Shown here: piece by piece, positions 27,901-40,200 of the stretch | Layout of the letters: each line of letters opens with the position of its first letter | Position numbering within the stretch: the first letter of the stretch is position 1 | From: Balanoglossus misakiensis | Lineage: Eukaryota; Animalia; Hemichordata | Direction: 5' to 3' | Assembly (NCBI GenBank): GCA_040954595.2 | Contig: CM082583.2 | Coordinates: forward strand, 1,870,925-1,934,924 | Length of the DNA: 64,000 nt | The notes under the pieces: model-generated | Told to the model about the DNA's origin: nothing | The model's database searches: none | What the model saw: only the letters and a program-made list of their open reading frames with translations | Made by a program: the position numbers and the translations under genes

Positions 27901-28992
27901 GCCAGTCAGTTACAGCAAGGTCTTTTGTTAAATAATCTTGTCCCACCAAGCTCCTATCTCCATTCCTACCTTATTCTCGACAATGACTATTTCGACACTA
28001 ATGGTCCTACTATTTCAGTCGTAATGGACGGCCCCCTAAGTTACTGGGATGAAGGCGTACAGGGAAAGATCAACAACTTACTCACGGAGATTCAGAGTGA
28101 CAATGACATAGTCCAAGACTCCAGCATATCCTGGCTCGACAGTTTCTCAAGTTTCCATAACAGATCGCCTCCCAGTGACTTGTCTACTTTCATTTACTCC
28201 CTTCAATTTGAATTCCTCCCGGCTTTTCCTGTCTTTGACAATGACGTGAAGATTTCTGATGATGGACAGGTGATAGCAGCGCGATTCTATGTCCGTTCCG
28301 TTGGACTGACCAGTTCAACCGACCAAGGCCAGATGATGCTACGAGTTCGGAAAATAACCGACAGCAGTGATTTGCCTGCATTCGCCTACACAGGCGCGTT
28401 CATTTTTTACGAGCAGTACGTTCAAGTACTACCGAGCACATTGCTAACTGTCGGCTGCGCTGTGGCGGCCATGTTTGTCGTCTGCATTTTCTTCATCCCC
28501 CACCCCCTCTGTGTTATTTACGTCACCATAACCATGGTGATGATTCTTGTCGGTCTGTTTGGTTTCATGCATTTCTGGGGTCTTTCTTTGAGCTCCATCA
28601 CTATGATACACATAGTCATTAGCATAGGTTTCAGCGTCGACTTTTGTGCGCATGTCAGTCATGCTTTCATGAAGGCTGATGGGAAAGATCGCAACGAGCG
28701 AGTCACGGTGGCCCTGTCTCGTGTTGCAGTACCCATCTTGAATGGTGGAATCTCCACCCTCCTCGGTGTAATCATGCTTGTAGACGCCAGTTCTTACGTA
28801 TTTCAGTCATTCTTCAGGATAATGGTTCTCACTATCCTCTTTGGGGTCGCGCATGCGCTTCTTTTCCTCCCTGTCTTGTTGTCGCTGATTGGTCCTTCCA
28901 AATCAGAGAAGAAAGAAATTTCATCTGGAAAAACAAAGGTACATCTCGAGCCAATTGGAAATGATAATTTAGCGATAGAGATTAAAGAGTGA
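24972..28992 (+). CDS. PTCHD3: Patched domain-containing protein 3-like (sterol-sensing domain, RND-family multipass transporter), about 872 aa
   Basis: Exons 24972-25965, 26748-26948 and 27569-28992, with two phase-1 GT-AG introns, 2619 nt in total (alternative ATG at 24951). Motifs: EYLYTPENSRA, LLWEKEFL, MPFLIVGIGIDDMF (TM4 GxxxDD), SITITSLTD..F.IG, FIFYEQY, ISIGFSVDFCAH, HALLFLPVLLSL. The symbol indicates family; orthology is untested. Confidence 0.93.
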
Positions 28993-30265
28993 CGTCACCT
29001 TGATGTAACAAAGCACGGCGCCCCAGAATTCTGTAAAATGCACACAGTCACTTAACCTATGAAAATTTAGCCACTGTTTCATGAAAAGTTGAAATCTGAC
29101 AGTGCGTTGTAAAGCCAAATCTCTCTGCCTTCAAATAACTAACAAATTAGTCAGGCTATCAATCAAAAGAAGAAAGTTTTAGTTGTGAAACTGTTTGCTA
29201 CAATATCGCATCACTCTGTGAAAACATGCAAATAAATGGTGCACTTTACAAAGACCCAAAAAGTATATTTGTTTCAAAGTGTGTTTTGATATTTGAAAAA
29301 GGCTGAAAGCAATTTGAATATACCGAAGCTGTACTTAAGCTGCACATTATTTTATACATGTATTTTGACATACATATTGTAAATACATTTATACGTGTTT
29401 AGCTGTTTTGTGTGTACAGAAAAACTGCGTTTGAATTGTCATTGTTTTTACCAATTTCAATAATACAATGTATATATTCCCATGGTTTATTTTTCAAATT
29501 AGATGATGATCGATAATAATACCTATGGTCTTACAAAATGCATTCTGACCCAAACCAATAGCTGAAAAGTGTATTTCAAAATAAAGTATTTGGCTGAAAA
29601 CAAAAGAAAGAAAATTATATTAATTGATGTAAATAAGACAATTTTAGTACTTGATTTTTTTTCACTTGCATTTGTATTTCATGTATTTCAAGTGTTTTTA
29701 AGATAAGTTTGATGTGTGGAGTGAGAATTTTTATTCTGATATTTAGTACGTTAATCATAATTATATGGAAAAATACAAGTTCATTATTTACACTTATTAC
29801 AATAGATTTATTAATCGCTGACAGTAGATTTAAGGGGGGAAAAGGTGTGTACAGTGTACTACTCAAACAAGTATCACCACAAACGCCAAACTAGCCTAGT
29901 CCAGTTTTAGTGTGAACGTCAATGTAATAATTAGTATTCGTATTCTTCGCTGTTTTACAATAAAATTGCCATCCAATATGAATTCGAGACTTGATCGCTT
30001 TTTCTAATACCTGAAATGTGTCCGATTGTATGTTGCATAGCCCTAAGCCTATGGACCGTGGTTCTATCTGATATTTATTAGCTCTCGTACTGAAGCATCA
30101 TGGAATGCAAGTCGTCAAAGTAATATTACTAACATGTCTGTGCAGGGCAATTATGGCAGCCCATAGTGAGAAAGCTGTAATAGAGCTAGCAGTCCCATCG
30201 CATAGCCCTACCCTGGCACTGTGCCCGTGTTCCATTTGCACAATCGTTGACATGTGTTAGCATTG

Positions 30266-30420
<155 letters not shown>

Positions 30421-31047
30421 TTTCCTCTGGTAATACAAGCAATACTGATTCAACATATGGTAATTCTTGGCGTTGCTTTATTCAACTATGTTAAACTCGC
30501 ATCAATCTACACTCAAGTGAATTTTTTCATTGACGCAAAACATATTTAGTTCGTTTGTGTCAAAACTTTTCACATAACGATGTACCATAGAACTGCATCG
30601 TGTTTCACACATATCAGAACTAAACATACGTCAACATAACCCGGTAGGCAATAAGGGATAAATGATGATTATGTAATGAAAATTTGTAACACTTTTTTTC
30701 ATGAAATATTAAAATACAAAATTGATCTAAAACCGTCCCAAGCACTCCCCGTAATAAAATATTCAGACATATGTCTCTCGGCTGTTTCAAGTGTATTAGG
30801 AAGACAATACCTTGTTTCAGTTTTCAAATGGCAAATTATTTCACTTTGGAGATCATTGTTGGTTATGTTGGTTGAATGTTGCTGAAATGAGAACATAATC
30901 TGTAAAATTACTAAACGGTTACTATGTCATCAGACAAGAACATTTTCAAATGGTGCTGTTTACCTCTTCAGTATAACACAATAAAAGAAGCCATGTATTT
31001 GATAAATCAATCAAGTCCATAGACTTCACTAAGGTTACATTGTATTA

Positions 31048-31329
31048 TAGCCTAGTACCTCGCCATATTTTGTCCGCTTTGCTTCCAATACTAACAAACA
31101 TGCGTGTAATTAAGGATGGGTAACATTTTAAATTCAAATTAGCCCTGCCTTCACTATAACCTTACACCCAATCACCATTGATCAGTTTATGTGAGTGACT
31201 TCTGAGGGACGCTAGTAACATCACAATTCCCAGCAAGGGGTATGGGGTTTTATTGGGCCAGTGGCATGAGTGATGCTAGGCGTTCGTTTTGGAAGCAAAG
31301 CGGACAAAATACGGCGAGGTACTAGGCTA
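31048..31329. mobile_element. MITE with TAG termini and about 45-bp TIRs
   Basis: tagcctagtacctcgccatattttgtccgctttgcttccaa / ttggaagcaaagcggacaaaatacggcgaggtactaggcta; flanks attgtatta / tttgtattg (7 of 9 match). Confidence 0.8.
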
Positions 31330-31453
31330 TTTGTATTGCTAATAAAACTTATATTTAAAATCTTTTCTTTCAAATGAAAAGTAGCAGGTTAGAAAAGAAT
31401 TGGTTAATCGATAAAGCTGATGTGCATAGTAATATAATATGTGACCTGATTAA

Positions 31454-32249
31454 GATGGGTCCCCCGGATCTTTTTGCCCGTTGCTATGGGCCTTTGTAGG
31501 ACATTACACCCCGATTTGGACTAAGCCGTTTTCAGAGTCTACCAAGGGGCTGGTAACTAGTTGAAAATCTGCACGATTGTGAGCGCGCGCCCCCTGACGC
31601 CATTGATATGCAAATTAGCTAGGTCAAATTTCAAAAGCCTAAGGCTTTTTATTCCGTGACCTCAAAAACGAACTTGATACGTATTCATTAGTTGCTTGAA
31701 CCAGGGAAGATCGTGACGGATTTTGTTTTCGAATATTATCGTTGTATCCTACGATTTCAGCATACCCGTACCACACCTGAAAAAATCATCGATTTTGGGT
31801 GTTTTTGGACGCACTCTTCCATCGGTATCGCTTCTTAGCACGACGAAAACCGAAAAAAACGATCCGTCACACTGTGCGGAAGTGCGTTCTCAACAAGCAG
31901 GTCAAATTTGGCTGGCCTACGTCGCCTGTGAAAAAAGCCTTAGGGATTTTCGTGAATGGTACAAAATCTCTGTGTACAAAACATTGGATTTTTAGCGTTC
32001 GATCCAGTTACTGTGGTTACAGGACGCGCACGCTATCACTGACCGCTGCTTTGCCGCATTAGCGTGGCGGCCTATGGCCGGGCGGTAGCTGCCGTAACCA
32101 TACTCGGACAGGGGGTGTGCACACAATCGTGCGTATTTTTAACTAGTTTCAAGCCCCTTGTCGGACGTTCATAACGGTTGCGATCAAAATTGAGTGTAGT
32201 GTCCTATAAAGGCCTATAGCAACGGGCAAAAAGATCCGGGGGACCCATC
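31454..32249 (+). mobile_element. Non-autonomous TTAA-targeting DNA transposon (Kolobok-like), copy 2
   Basis: Reverse-complement copy of 14663-15442; TTAA at 31450-31453 and 32250-32253. Confidence 0.88.
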
Positions 32250-33598
32250 TTAATTAATCTGTAATGAGAAAAACAGCAACTAGCTTCAATTCCGTAATAA
32301 GTCTAAATCTGAAAAGTTCTTAGGAAGCACTTGTTTAAATATTTCAATTGATATTTTGTTCAAGAAAATCATCTTACTTAACATTTTATCTTGATTAAAT
32401 GAACCCTACGTCATACACGATGACGTTTCAAAGTGTGAAACCATAACTAAAACATGAAAAATTATGTGTCACAAACAAAGTATTCAAAATTAATACAGTG
32501 TACAACTATACTATATTGAAAACTTAGTAAAGAAAGAAATTCTGTTTGTCAATACTATAGATAACTTCTACATTAAATGTACATGTACAAAGATCAGTTG
32601 AAATACGCTTTTCCTGTCAATCTTACGTGTTCTAGTAATGACACATATATATGCGTCATGGTACAGAAATGTGAATGATTAAATACATCATTTTACATAT
32701 TTTTAATCAAACTATTACGGACAAATCTAAATTGCTAGAGTTGAAAATAGAAAGAAGACTTTGAATATACAGTGTTCTCCCCAGAGCAATTTACGCATAT
32801 TGGCCTCTACTCTTTAATGTTGATAAGACAATGGAACGTAATTGACATAACAATTATTTATATAGTTATGCAAATTAGCCGCTACTCTATCAGAAATGTT
32901 TGGAGAACACTGATGTATAACATATTTCCTCTAGATCTTTTGCTCAAACAATTAACTTCGCTGGGCATGGAACCGGTACAAATATGTACATGTGAGTTTC
33001 CCAATGTCTGTAAACATAAGCCTTGGTATTCTATACAAAATTTTGGTACAGTATTGAGGAAGTTTAACAGTGGCCACGTTATCATAAACCATGTGTATAC
33101 TGATAACCATGAGCGAAACTAATCCTGCAATATAGGATCAACACAGATGCTAATCTAGTCCAGTCTATAAAGTGTAAAGTACTATAGTCACAACACAGTA
33201 TACAGGGGAGCATACAGAATCTCAAATAATTAGAGTTGCTGTGCCATGCCAAATAGAACTTGGAAAAAGAATATATATATGCAAATTTAATTGCTGAATA
33301 CAAAGTGTGTAAGTACAATTGCCATGAAAACAAAGTGAAGGCTGGTTGGCTTTATAAAAAGTTTTCTTTTCTGAAGACTTTGATGTTGATTATGGGCAGG
33401 CACAAGTGAGGCAAATATCGCATGGTCAAAACTAGGTCATAATTTGTCAAAAACTATAGTTACTAAAACACAGCAACGTGTTAGAGTCTGTATATGGTGC
33501 AACAAAATCACTTTCCTGATAATATATACGAATATACTCAACACAAATATTTAGCATATGTTCCTTTCTTTCTGTCGGGAAGATGAGTCGAAAACATC

Positions 33599-34264
33599 TC
33601 ATTGCAACCTCTTTTTCAGTTCCATTGCCCAGGTCAGCAACTTGTCATGGTCGACACTCTCAAAGGTCAATGTTCTCTGCTTTGTCTTGATCTCGAAAAC
33701 GCAACAACCTGAAATATAATACAAACAAACAACATCCAATATTTCACGTCTTGACGGAAGACTGCTTTAAATTGAATTTTTTGTCAAGAACATTAAATGT
33801 AAATCAATTTAAACCTGTCACTATCATAGTTCAGTCATAGTCCGTAAAACTCAATTGTGGGAAGATGCGAACTAGCTTGTCCCTATAGTTTGTGAGATAT
33901 AACTGTCGGAACTACAATTTGACTGTATAAACAATAGCCCACAGCCAAATAAACCAAACTTTACACTACACTTAACCAAGCTACACTGCAGCTTAGAATT
34001 TCGCAAATTAGTGCCTGCATGTACACTACCGCTTTGTTGTAAATTGTTGTTTGCTGATGTATGTCACCATACTTTTTGCAGCAGTTGTTTACTGACCTGT
34101 GAAGTTGTACATGTTGATGACAGCCACATTTTGGAGAGCTATTCTTCTGTGCCTGCCATTTGATTGCCAAGTCAAATACTTCTTGCCACTAATCGGACAT
34201 CTTTGGATACACAGTTGTGTTTTATACTTGTATCCCTTGGACGTTCTCTTTGTCAGCCTCACGC
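33599..34264 (-). CDS. Two terminal PKS exons encoding a PH-like domain
   Basis: Exon 34264-34097 (GVRLTKRTSKGYKYKTQLCI..KYLTWQS..RRIALQNVAVI) and exon 33708-33599 (CVFEIKTKQRTLTFESVDHDKLLTWAMELKKRLQ*); pyrimidine-rich acceptors; both introns are phase 1, matching the donor at 34685. Confidence 0.72.
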
Positions 34265-37200
34265 CTACGAAAAGAGAATCAAAGTGGGAAGAATGGTTAT
34301 TGGTGTTCTTAGTCTTTGGTGTGATGATGTGATATCGACTGCATTGGGCGAATTTAAGTACCCTGTTTATTTGAACCATTTTCTATCAGTAACTCCGTAC
34401 CCAAACCCTAACCACCAAACAATTGATCAATCGAGCGATCGATCGACCGATCAATCTATCGTATATCTATCAAAAGAGAAAAAGATGCAACTTAAGCCAG
34501 CTATCAACCAACCAAGAAATACAATTATTAGTCAGTCAGTCAGTCATGCAGTATTCGGTCGGTCAGTAAGTTAGTCATCCAGTCACCTAGTCAATAAGTC
34601 AGACAATCATGCATAATTAACAAAATTTATGTCTGATGACCTGACATATATCAATGTTCTAACTTTAGCGAAATGGTCAAATTACCTTCTTCCAATTCTG
34701 GCCAAGAATGCTGTTTTTCCCCCACCAATTTGGACATATTGAGGTGTTCCTGCTCCCCGATGAGTAAATCTATGTTTCCATCATGAGCCAGGTCACCGTT
34801 CATAACAACGTGGTCGGTATATTCTTTACAGTTAGGTTTCCCAACATCCTGCCTGCCATTAAGGAGAGCAGAATCCAAACTTCCTTGTACTGTGCCCTTC
34901 TGCGCATGTGTCCTATATTTTGTGGTGACGTCATTGAGACTTCGATAACTCTCACTTACACACGTCGCCATGAGGTCTCTGTAATCACTGAAAAACTGTT
35001 GACCCTCTTGGTGGCTGATGCATGAAGTGTTGAACCCACACCGGAGCGAAAGCGTGCCTCGGTTTGCATTTCTAACAACTTCAATTCTCGTAATTTTACT
35101 TAAACCGACGAGACCTCCTTCGACATGCTCGACACCATCAACCACGTCTGCATCTCGTACCTCTTGAAATGCTGTGTGTTCCTCCCATGTAATAACGTGC
35201 TGATTGAGGGATTTGGGTTGGTCATCACCAGTCACCTTGACACACTCACAGATTTTGGACGTTGGGTAAAGACTGTGATGGACTCCAGATTTCACCCGGT
35301 CTCCTATTTCTTTAAGGAAATCAATAATTGGCATTTCCTTGTTCCCGAAGGTAACTCGCAAGAGGACATTGTTGATAAAGAAACCAACGACTTCAGAGCT
35401 GACGGGGACATGCATACGCATATTGACTGGGTAAGTGACCAATATGTCATTGGACTGAGAGTAGATGTTTAGAAGCATGGCGTATACAGCAATCATCAAT
35501 TGGAATGGGGTAATTCCTATTTTCTGTGCAAACCGTTTCAGGTTTGCCGCGGCTGTTGAATTGATCTCCAAGACAACATGGCCTACATCTACAGACACAG
35601 GATCTTGCATCATCAATGAGAACCTCCCAGGGGTGACATCAACAGGAGTGGCAAATATGTCCTCCCAGAATTGTCTCAGATACGTCGCCTGGGAATGAAG
35701 GAGCTGGCTTCGCTGTGCTAAATACTCGCCGAACTCGAATGATCTCCTCTGCTCGAATGAGTTATGCAACATCACTGCAATCAGGGCACGCCTGAAATCT
35801 CTCATAAGCGTTGTCAGGGAGAAGAAATCACAGGATATGTTGTGAACAACAATTCCAACGTGGGTTATCTGCTTCTCAATTTCTGCGAGAAAGACTCTGA
35901 TGGGGAAGTCATTCTGCAAGTCGAAAGGTAGCTTGCTTGCATGTCGTATTGAAGATACAGCCTCATCGTCATTAGATAGGCCAACAAGATGTCGAACGTC
36001 AGGATTAAAGTCTGAATGGATGTGGTACATAACATCAAAGACGTCATTATTGGATTTGCCTTGTTGGTATTTGGCTCTAAGCATAGCATGCTGCTGCATC
36101 AGTAGCTGTAGTACATCATGCCATTCCTTCTCAGTTGTGTCGAAGCCATGGATCCGAAATATGGCATACATGTTATTTGTGATGTCTGGGGGTGTTGCCT
36201 GTGTTTTATGGAATCTAAGAGCTTGATCCTCAACAACACTGCCAGTAACAATATCTGATGCACTATGAAACAACTTAGATGCATTTTCTCCATTCATGAC
36301 ACTGCCAATGTTATCCTGGATGTACAGGGAGATTTGAGATAACGTTGCTGTTTCTGCCAGCAGGAGCGCTATTGGAATGTTGACACCACATTTCTTCTTA
36401 AGATGAGTCTGCATTGTCATTGCTTGCATGGAATCTAATCCCAATGCAACAAGGGAGACATCTTCAAGGATTTCTTCTGTTTCCATTGCGAGCACATTGG
36501 CAACATCTGCCTTAACAAGGTCGTGCAGAAATGATGGTTGCTGACTCAAACTGTTGAAAGGTATGTTCCCGCGGTTTGTACTTTCTACCACGGCATCACT
36601 CTTTCTCCTTGTGTCGATGAAATTCTCAAAGCGCCTGCTGATGTGTGCAAGTTCAGATCTGTGCAGATCTTGTGATATACGACTCCAATTAAACTCCCCA
36701 AATAATACCTGAGAAGGATTGTACTTCAAGGTATATTCGAAGCACTTAATGATGTCAGCCACTGGTAATGGTAAGTATCCCATTGTAGTCAGCATTTTCT
36801 TGACATCTTTAACACTGTCTATGATGCCAATGTTAAGAGCGCTCCAGTTGATGGTTTGACCAGGGAGACCATTGCTTCTTCTGTACTGTGCAAGCTGGTC
36901 TAGAAATGCATTTCCAGCACCATAATTTGCCTGCCCTCTATTGCCAAAAACTGCAACAGTAGACGAATGCATCACAAAGTAATCCAGAGGATCATCCCTG
37001 GTTAGCTGATGGAGATTCCATGCACCAAGAATCTTTGGACGAGTTGCAGTGATGAATTCCTCATCTGACATATTTATCAACAGACGGTCTGCCAACACTA
37101 CTGCTCCATGGAATACTCCTTTGATGGGAATGGCACCCAACTGTTTTCTAAGGTTCTGCAAAACCTTTTCCAAGGCCTGGACATCACTAACATCTGCCTG

Positions 37201-40200
37201 AAGAAACCATAATCGTGTGCCTCCCATTTCTATCTCACTAAGTTCAGCTGACTTGCTTGTATCTGGGTGACTTCTGGACACTATTGCAAGGTGCCCTGCG
37301 CCTCGTTCAGCCATGTATTTACATGTCTCTAACCCCAGGCCCTTTGTACCCCCAACAACCAGGTAGCAGGCATTCTTGTGAAAGAGTCGATCTACATCTG
37401 CATGAACCAAGCCTCTAGAACGCATATTAAGTATAGGTATTGATTCATTGTCAATGGGTGGGACCACAGTACTGCACTCAGACTGATCGAAGTTGAATTC
37501 CTTTATGTTGAGTAGTTCTACATCACTTGTCTGTGACATTTTCTTCGACCACTTTACAACTTTTGGAATGATTTTATCCAGATGCTTTGCCTGGAGTACT
37601 TGCTTGGTGCTTACTGTAATAAACTTCATGTCTGGTCTTAACGTACCAAGGTAATCCGTTTGTGAGTCGTCTCCTCTTTCCACATTTACTACTACTGAAC
37701 CAATTCGAAGGTTGCTCAGAATCCATTGGTTCGATTTGTGTGACAGTTTTCCAAGATGGAGAAACACCACCTGTTGAAGCCCATTGGTTTTAGGTTCATC
37801 AGCATGACTGAAATGGTTACTAGATATTTCTTTGAAACCACACCTCCTGGCATATGACGAGAACAGACTAGTGAGACAGTTGTATTTCTTGGTGCTTTGT
37901 ATGATCAGCTGTCTTACAGTAGGGTATTGATGCAAGTTAACCACTAGCACTTCCCACAAGAGAACCATCAGGGACAGGCATGGTATTCCCCTCATCCACT
38001 CTGGGAGTACACTTGACTTCACAATCAGTGATTCTGGCACATTAGCTATTGATGTAAGCTTCATCGGATAGCAAATGTGTACTTTTGTACCTTGTGCAAA
38101 ACTACTATCAGAAGACAATATTTCGCCGAGGCAGTCAATCCCAATGACTGCGTGTCTGTCATTGCTGTCTTCTGACCATGGCAATGATCCTTTCAGTGAC
38201 AGCCCAGTCATAGTCACTTGAAATAACTCAGGGTCATGTAACCTGGCCTTTTGTATACTAGCACACACAAACTTCCCAGATGGGGTAGTGATGGCATCTT
38301 CCACTGCATAGTGTAGCTCAAGATTTAGAACACTCTCAGGAAGTGTTGACATCACTTCTGTTGGAAGATCTGGCTGGACTCCTATTACACGCTTCTTGAA
38401 ATAGGCATCATTTGGCTTGACCCTCTTCAGCTTATTGGCATAGACTGTAGAACCATGTATGACATACTCTGAATGCTGGTTTACTTGGCTTTCAAAAGAT
38501 ATCTGGGCCATTGTTGCAACTTCTACCTCAGAACCCTCACTCAGATCAATTAGTGTTGTCTTGTCATAGGTACCTTCACGGAGCAAACATCGAACCATTC
38601 CCCAAACAGGAGCACCGATCAACTGAATATGATTTGACTTTGGCATCGTAGATCTGAGTGCTGACCTTTCTGTTGTTTCAAGCTTGCCTTGGACACCACG
38701 GGTTACTACAGTCAATGGACACATTGCACCATTTGTGGCAAGAAACTTCACAATATGTTTAAGTGCCATGCATGTGGAATTAATGTAGTCGCACAGGAAT
38801 CCCTCGATGTTTTCCTCACCATCACGGATGCTCCAGAAGTAAAATATGTGTTGAAAAGTGTTGATGTCTCTCTGTACGTTTTGTAGTATTAGACCAATAT
38901 CTGTGTGTATATCAGAATACTCTACTATGTACGAATCACTGCTTATGAACTTCTCCAAAGAAGACACTATGCCCATGCTATCGGCAAACACAATGCAATT
39001 TGGAGGCAGGCCCTTCTCAGTACCATCTGTTTTGCTTGTTGTAACTGTGAGATTCGGGATACCATGTCTGAGCCACTCCATTTCATAAGCAAGTTGACCA
39101 ATTACTCTGCCATCGTTTTCATCCAGTACCTTTGCCATGATGTCTGTGCATTCTGCAACAACTTCACCTGACTCGTTCATGATGACTGCATTAAAACTAG
39201 CCAAGTAGTCTGACCTGCGCATCAGCCTGATGTAAACAAGGACACAAGGGTCAGGTTTCCCAAACACTAACACATTCCCAATCGAAATGGGGAAGCATGG
39301 TTTAGAATTCTTGTTGCCTTGGTGGTTTGGATCATATGTAGGCACAGCCGTAGCTTGGAGGACACCATCGAATATGACAGGATGAATAACTGTGTTACGC
39401 AGTTGGTCTAAAAGTTCTTCTGGTAATGACAGCATCACAACAGCTTCTTCTCCATTCCTCCAGCACTGTGAAATAGGTCGCATGGTTGGCCCATATGAAA
39501 AGCCAAAGCTTTCCAGAAAGTCATAAACTTGCTCCACATCTATCTCATCACCACAACGTGACCTGATTTCAGAAATATTGAAGCGGCTGGTTGGAGTTTG
39601 TTTCTTCGAGCTCACCCCGATGACACCATCAGCAGTTTTTATGTCACCGCAACAAACTTTGAAGGAATGGCTTTTTAAACCGTCACTTTGGTCCTCAAAT
39701 TGAACGTAGACATCCTTTTCTTCCTCTGTCAGCATCAGTGGTTTCAGAAACTCAATGGACAATCCGCAGCATTTTTGCCGTGTGTTTGGCAACAACGACA
39801 AGCAAGCTTCAAGGGCCAATTCACCATAGACTACACCAGGAACCACCACAGAACCACCAACAATGTGATCATACACAAATGGGAAGTCTCCTCTATTGAT
39901 TGTACATTTGTATGCCACATCATCAGCGGAGACCCTGGTCACAAATTGGCAATCAGTCCCACTGTCTTTCTTTATTCCCATTCTATACAGCTTCGAGGCT
40001 TCTGGTTCGTACCAGTGTTTGGCTTTGTTGAACTGATAAACCGGAAGATCTGCTGGAATTCGTTGACTGTGTTTGTGATATGAACCCCAGTCTATCTGGA
40101 TGCCTGTCTGGTAAAGCTGACAAAGGGTATCCAAGAGAGTAACGTGGCCCCTTTTCTCTTTCATAGATGGAAGAACTCTACCACTACATTTAGACACAAT

